Assembly (NCBI GenBank): GCA_034408725.1
Contig: JAWXCN010000237.1
Coordinates: 1-18,454 of the forward strand
Source of the DNA: Candidatus Hydrogenedentota bacterium
GTDB lineage: Bacteria > Hydrogenedentota > Hydrogenedentia > Hydrogenedentales > SLHB01
Length of the DNA: 18,454 bases
Direction: 5' to 3'
Shown here piece by piece: positions 14,606 through 18,454 of the stretch. The notes under the pieces are model-generated. The model made no database searches. It had not been told where the DNA came from and saw nothing but the letters and a program-made list of their open reading frames with translations. The stretch's first letter is position 1, and every line of letters starts with the position of its first letter. The translations under genes and the position numbers were made by a program.

Positions 14606-16873
14606 ATGCCCGAAACAACTGTATACGAATACACAGGCTACCTGCGCACGGTCCTTGATGCGCCAAACGCCGCCATTCGCGACTCGCTGGATCACATCGA
14701 GTTTTCGGCCGACGACCTCGCCCAGTGGCCCACCAAAGATTTTGAAAATGAAAAGGAATGGAAACGCATTCCCGTCATGCGCGCGCGCACCGAAGAAGGC
14801 GTGAAGCTCACCGGCCGGTTTGAAGAAGTCCGCCGCATGGACAGCATTCCGCGGGACGATCCGAGTTTCTGGGTGTCGTTAAGCACAATCGACTGGAAGG
14901 ACGACCGGTTTCCCATTGACGTGCAGCGGTTTCCCATCGCCGAGATCACGTACCGGTGTACGAGTGAAAACGCGCACCCGTTCTGGGTGTGGAAATACCC
15001 CGGGGGCCGGTATGTCGACCGGTTGCCGCGCACGCGCCAATGGCGGACACTGTCGCGGCGCATCACGCATTGGGGCATTCCGCAGCACATTGATACGTTC
15101 ATCATCCGTCTCTATTCCACCATGCGTTCCACGGAATCAATCGAGATAACGTCACTGCGGTTTCGCGCGATGAGCCAGGAAGAACAAGACGCGTGCGAGC
15201 GGGACCGGGTGCAGCTTTCGGAGGACCATCCAGTCCGGGTGTATCCAATACTCGACGAGTTCATGCCACTTGGGACCTGCATGAATGCAGACACGGTACG
15301 GCGATGCTCGGAGCTGCTGGGCATATCATTGGGGGAATACTGGTGGCTTGCGATGGAAGACCTCGTCTCGCATCACCACAATTGCGTGCATATCGAAAAT
15401 GTCGAACGGATGTCGCGTGAAGAATGGCGTGAAATGCTCAGCTACGCCGAGCGATACGGCGTAAAGATCGTTCCGTCATTGAATCTGCCCGTTCGCGATG
15501 ATCCGCAGGAAACGCGCGAACTCATCGACACGCTGGTCAAACCGCTTGCGCATTCCAGCACGGTGCTTGCGTGGAACCTCCGGCGAGAACCTCCAGAGGA
15601 CGATTTCCGGGGGTTATTGCAGGCAAAAAAATGGGTCGAGGAGATCGACTCGATTCATCCCGTCGCGGTCCTTACGCGGCACCCGAGCGCCTACCCGCTC
15701 TATGCGCCGTATTTTCCGGTGTCCGGCATGAGCCATTTCGTGTCGCACGCTTCGTGGGAGGTTGGTGAGATGGTGCGTACGCACGCGCCGCTCGCGGGAG
15801 GACAACAATTCTGGTTGCTCGGCCCCGCGTTCATGTTTGCGACGGGCACGCCGGAGTGGAGCACGTGCCCGGAAATGCGGTTGATGATCAACGTGGCATT
15901 TCTCAACGGCGCGCGCGGATGGTTCAGTTACGCATACCACAACGATCCGATTTGGTTGTCCGGAAGTTTTCAGCGTTCGTTGACGGGGCCATTTCTGATG
16001 TTCAGCGATCTCTGGCTGGAACTGGACCGCCGCATGGAAGCGTACAACGCGATTGCGCCGCTCTTGTTGCACGCGCATCCCGCGCGGCTTCCGAAAGAAT
16101 GGTTTGTTGAAAGCAGGTCGTCCGACGACTTCGCGAAGCTTCCGCCCGGCATGGACTCCACGAGTTCGTTCCGGTTGCGCGGGAATGATTTCAATTTGTT
16201 TTGCGTGGCGAGCAATGACGTCCGCGGCATGTCGAGCCTGAACATCAACATTCCGCCGGCAAGCCTGATGCCGGGCCAGGAAATGATAGACCTTACGGAT
16301 TTCGTGCTGAACCGGACCTGGCAACCGATGAACTTGAGCCGGCATATCGAAATGTTTCCGGGGCAGGCGCAGATTGTGCTCATGGCAGACCGTAGCGTCT
16401 GCGAACATTGGCGCGACGTATTGGCGCAACGGCTCGTCGAAGACGACCGGAAACAACTCACCTTTAACCTTGCGCTGGCACAAACCTATGGGCTTGATAC
16501 CGCGCCCATTGAAGTGCTGTTTCAACGCAGTGTGAATGGCGCTCCGATGCAGAATCTGGCCGCGATGGACGAGGCGTATGACAAACTGATCGATCTGATG
16601 TATGCCGCGCCGCAAATACGCGATACCCGCAGCCGTATCATCGAGGCAAGTTCCGGCATCTGCGCCTGCGACGGCGCGTTGTGCCGTCTTATTGGCAAGG
16701 GAAAGAGCGATCTGGCCAAAGAGTGGGGACTGAAAGTAATTCCGCTTGCGCGGGAAATCACGCATCTGAGGCTAGAACTTCGCAGGGGCAAGGGCGGAGA
16801 AATCCTTGAGTTCGCGGAGGACGTCGCAAAACGCACTCTGGAACTGCTAAAGGAAATTCGGGCGCTGACGTGA
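14606..16873 (+). CDS. 755-aa hypothetical protein with a central glycoside-hydrolase-like TIM barrel
   Basis: Long ORF with no signal peptide. AERYGVKIV, VLAWNLRREP, IDSIHPV and PEMRLMINVAFLNGARGWFSYAY follow a GH2/GH42-like strand-helix pattern. The functional call is inference. Confidence 0.6.
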   Translation: MPETTVYEYTGYLRTVLDAPNAAIRDSLDHIEFSADDLAQWPTKDFENEKEWKRIPVMRARTEEGVKLTGRFEEVRRMDSIPRDDPSFWVSLSTIDWKDDRFPIDVQRFPIAEITYRCTSENAHPFWVWKYPGGRYVDRLPRTRQWRTLSRRITHWGIPQHIDTFIIRLYSTMRSTESIEITSLRFRAMSQEEQDACERDRVQLSEDHPVRVYPILDEFMPLGTCMNADTVRRCSELLGISLGEYWWLAMEDLVSHHHNCVHIENVERMSREEWREMLSYAERYGVKIVPSLNLPVRDDPQETRELIDTLVKPLAHSSTVLAWNLRREPPEDDFRGLLQAKKWVEEIDSIHPVAVLTRHPSAYPLYAPYFPVSGMSHFVSHASWEVGEMVRTHAPLAGGQQFWLLGPAFMFATGTPEWSTCPEMRLMINVAFLNGARGWFSYAYHNDPIWLSGSFQRSLTGPFLMFSDLWLELDRRMEAYNAIAPLLLHAHPARLPKEWFVESRSSDDFAKLPPGMDSTSSFRLRGNDFNLFCVASNDVRGMSSLNINIPPASLMPGQEMIDLTDFVLNRTWQPMNLSRHIEMFPGQAQIVLMADRSVCEHWRDVLAQRLVEDDRKQLTFNLALAQTYGLDTAPIEVLFQRSVNGAPMQNLAAMDEAYDKLIDLMYAAPQIRDTRSRIIEASSGICACDGALCRLIGKGKSDLAKEWGLKVIPLAREITHLRLELRRGKGGEILEFAEDVAKRTLELLKEIRALT

Positions 16874-16928
16874 ACGCACGCACCAGAATACCTCGTTAGC
16901 TTGTTTGCCGAGACGAATGGCTACGGAC

Positions 16929-17017
16929 GAACTCGCTAAGGCCCGCAGTTCAAACGCGCCATGATGCTGGAACTCCTTTCCGGCAGGATTCGGCTAATTA
17001 GTCCCGTTGGCATGTAA
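16929..17017 (+). pseudogene. hsdS: Frameshifted 3'-terminal remnant of type I restriction-modification specificity subunit
   Basis: ELAKAR, then a 1-nt frameshift at ~16946, then QFKRAMMLELLSGRIRLISPVGM*. This matches the conserved HsdS C-terminal helix (LxKxxxxKxGMMQELLTGxIRL, from recall). Confidence 0.7.
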
Positions 17018-17048
17018 TGGGTTGAGTCAATCAGCGAATCATTCAACC

Positions 17049-17077
17049 TTGCAGTTCGGATTGGCTTGTTTTATGCT
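17049..17077 (+). promoter_or_regulatory. Candidate sigma70 promoter of the zeta-like pair
   Basis: TTGCAG (17049-17054), 17 bp, TATGCT (17072-17077). GGAG at 17084-17087 and ATG at 17096. Confidence 0.5.
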
Positions 17078-17095
17078 GATTACGGAGTAGACATT

Positions 17096-17518
17096 ATGCC
17101 AGAGCCCAAGAGACTATATGGAAAGCTAAAAGCGCGATTTGGCCGCATGGTTTGGAATTCGCGAATCCCGCGCAACATGGCCGAAGAAGCGGCGGAAGTG
17201 ATAATGGGATCAGAATCTGAGCAAGAGCGGCGAAATTATAGGGTAGCGGTCCCGGTTTTGACCACCGAAAGTAATCGATTAACAAAGAAGCACTACCGTA
17301 AAGCCAAACGCCTCAATCAACTCGAACGCAGCTTTCCTAGGTCGTCTGGAGCGGCATTTGAAGCGGCGCGCAATCAGACTTTAGCGCTCGGCGTGCCGGT
17401 GCTCGAAGCCAAGGACGGCGCGGTATATCGTGTCGATGCCAGCGGAGCACGTGAGCTGGTCAAATCCATCGGCAGATCGCGGCCCGTCAAGTTAGGGACA
17501 AAGATCAAGCTTAGGTGA
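17096..17518 (+). CDS. Putative antitoxin/partner of the zeta-like ATPase, ~140 aa (start uncertain)
   Basis: GTGA overlap with the downstream gene. The C-terminal half (LERSFPRSSGAAFEAARNQTLALGVPVLEAKDGAVYRVDASGARELVKSI) resembles small proteins encoded beside COG4185-type ATPases. Confidence 0.65.
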   Translation: MPEPKRLYGKLKARFGRMVWNSRIPRNMAEEAAEVIMGSESEQERRNYRVAVPVLTTESNRLTKKHYRKAKRLNQLERSFPRSSGAAFEAARNQTLALGVPVLEAKDGAVYRVDASGARELVKSIGRSRPVKLGTKIKLR

Positions 17519-18255
17519 CAACCGAGACGCCTAGGATGCGTTTGTTTGCCGGGCCAAACGGCTCGGGAAAGAGCACGCTAAAGGGCGTGCTCAGCCACGA
17601 ACTGCTCGGCGCATACCTCAACCCGGATGAAATTGAATCCCACATCCGCGAGACCGGTAGTCTTTCTCTTGCCCCATTCGGCGTCAGAACGACTGCCGAA
17701 GAAATTCTGGCCTTTTTTTCCTCCTCGTCGCTCCTGCACGATGCTAACATGCTTTCAGCTGCGCGGCGTCTCCATTTCTCGGGCGGCCAACTCCATTTCG
17801 ATCAGGTTGCCGTAAACTCGTACTTCGCGTCGGTCGCGCTAGATTTTTTGCGCACAAAGTTGCTGGAGGCCGGGCAGAGTTTTACGTTCGAGACGGTGAT
17901 GTCTCACGGCTCAAAGATTGATATCCTTGAAAAAGCGCGTAAATTGGGCTTCCGGATCTACCTGTACTACATCGCGACGGAAGACCCCGTCATTAACATT
18001 TCGCGCGTCGAGGCGCGCGTCAAACTCGGGGGGCACCCGGTGCCGGTGGAAAAAATCGTGAGCCGCTACTATCGATCACTCGCTTTATTGTGGGACGCCA
18101 TTGCGCGCACTGATCGTGCTTACATCTTCGACAATTCGGGCGAAGGCAAAAACAACACGTGGCTGGCGGAGATCACCGGCGGCGATACAATGGAACTAAA
18201 AGCGAACGAGATTCCGCATTGGTTTCAAAAAGCGGTGCTTGACAAAGTCCCATGA
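17515..18255 (+). CDS. Zeta-toxin-like P-loop NTPase/kinase (COG4185-type)
   Basis: Walker A FAGPNGSGKST, NPDEI, SFTFETVMSH, RVEARVKLGGHPVPVEKIVSRYYRS, YIFDNS. Confidence 0.9.
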   Translation: MTTETPRMRLFAGPNGSGKSTLKGVLSHELLGAYLNPDEIESHIRETGSLSLAPFGVRTTAEEILAFFSSSSLLHDANMLSAARRLHFSGGQLHFDQVAVNSYFASVALDFLRTKLLEAGQSFTFETVMSHGSKIDILEKARKLGFRIYLYYIATEDPVINISRVEARVKLGGHPVPVEKIVSRYYRSLALLWDAIARTDRAYIFDNSGEGKNNTWLAEITGGDTMELKANEIPHWFQKAVLDKVP

Positions 18256-18286
18256 TCGAAATGCAGTCGCCTGCGTATAAAATCCC

Positions 18287-18454
18287 ATGGACGACACCTA
18301 CACCATGCCCGCGATGCGCTACGTGGAACGCAACCCCGTCCGCGCGAAAATGACGCGCGCCCCGTGGACCTACCGCTGGTCCAGCGCGGCTGCGCACACA
18401 GGCAAACCCGACGCGGCCCAACTCCTCGATTTAACTGCTTGGCAGGAATTGGCC
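18287..18454 (+). pseudogene. 5'-truncated REP-associated tyrosine transposase (RAYT/Y1_Tnp) fragment, running off the window end
   Basis: MDDTYTMPAMRYVERNPVRAKMTRAPWTYRWSSAAAHTG... carries the YxxxNPVRA and W/YxWSS motifs. An in-frame TAA at 18278-18280 and only ~30 bp to the previous gene leave no room for the N-terminal HUH half. Confidence 0.85.

Noticed and set aside
15614..16765. 383-aa antisense ORF inside the 755-aa gene
   Set aside because: It has no recognisable motifs. Long stop-free antisense frames are common in GC-rich coding DNA.
18173..18421. 82-aa minus-strand ORF at the window end
   Set aside because: It is the antisense shadow of the RAYT fragment and the ATPase 3' end.

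Overview
Bacterial genomic window, roughly 55-60% GC in the core genes by eye. The backbone is carbohydrate- and envelope-related: a 5'-truncated TMTC-like membrane/TPR protein, an MgtC-family protein, a secreted tandem SIS-like + BNR/sialidase-like fusion, a Tat-exported amidohydrolase, a ~1165-aa GH13 enzyme, a beta-rich lipoprotein, CinA with a degenerate PncC domain, a sugar ABC binding protein and permease with no ATPase, and a 755-aa GH-like protein. Small selfish or defence modules and their debris sit in the seams between these genes. They are an intact AbrB/MazE-Doc toxin-antitoxin pair with a readable promoter and operator, an orphan HicB preceded by a probable deleted hicA, a low-GC small membrane gene, a frameshifted 3' scrap of type I R-M hsdS, a zeta-toxin-like P-loop pair, and a 5'-truncated REP-associated tyrosine transposase. 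The hsdS scrap and the transposase fragment are absent from the ORF track. No rRNA, tRNA or CRISPR array was seen. All family calls come from motif recognition by eye; no searches were run. The strongest novelty candidates are the SIS-SIS-propeller fusion coupled to mgtC and the 755-aa atypical GH-like protein. I cannot demonstrate a complete new system from this window alone.
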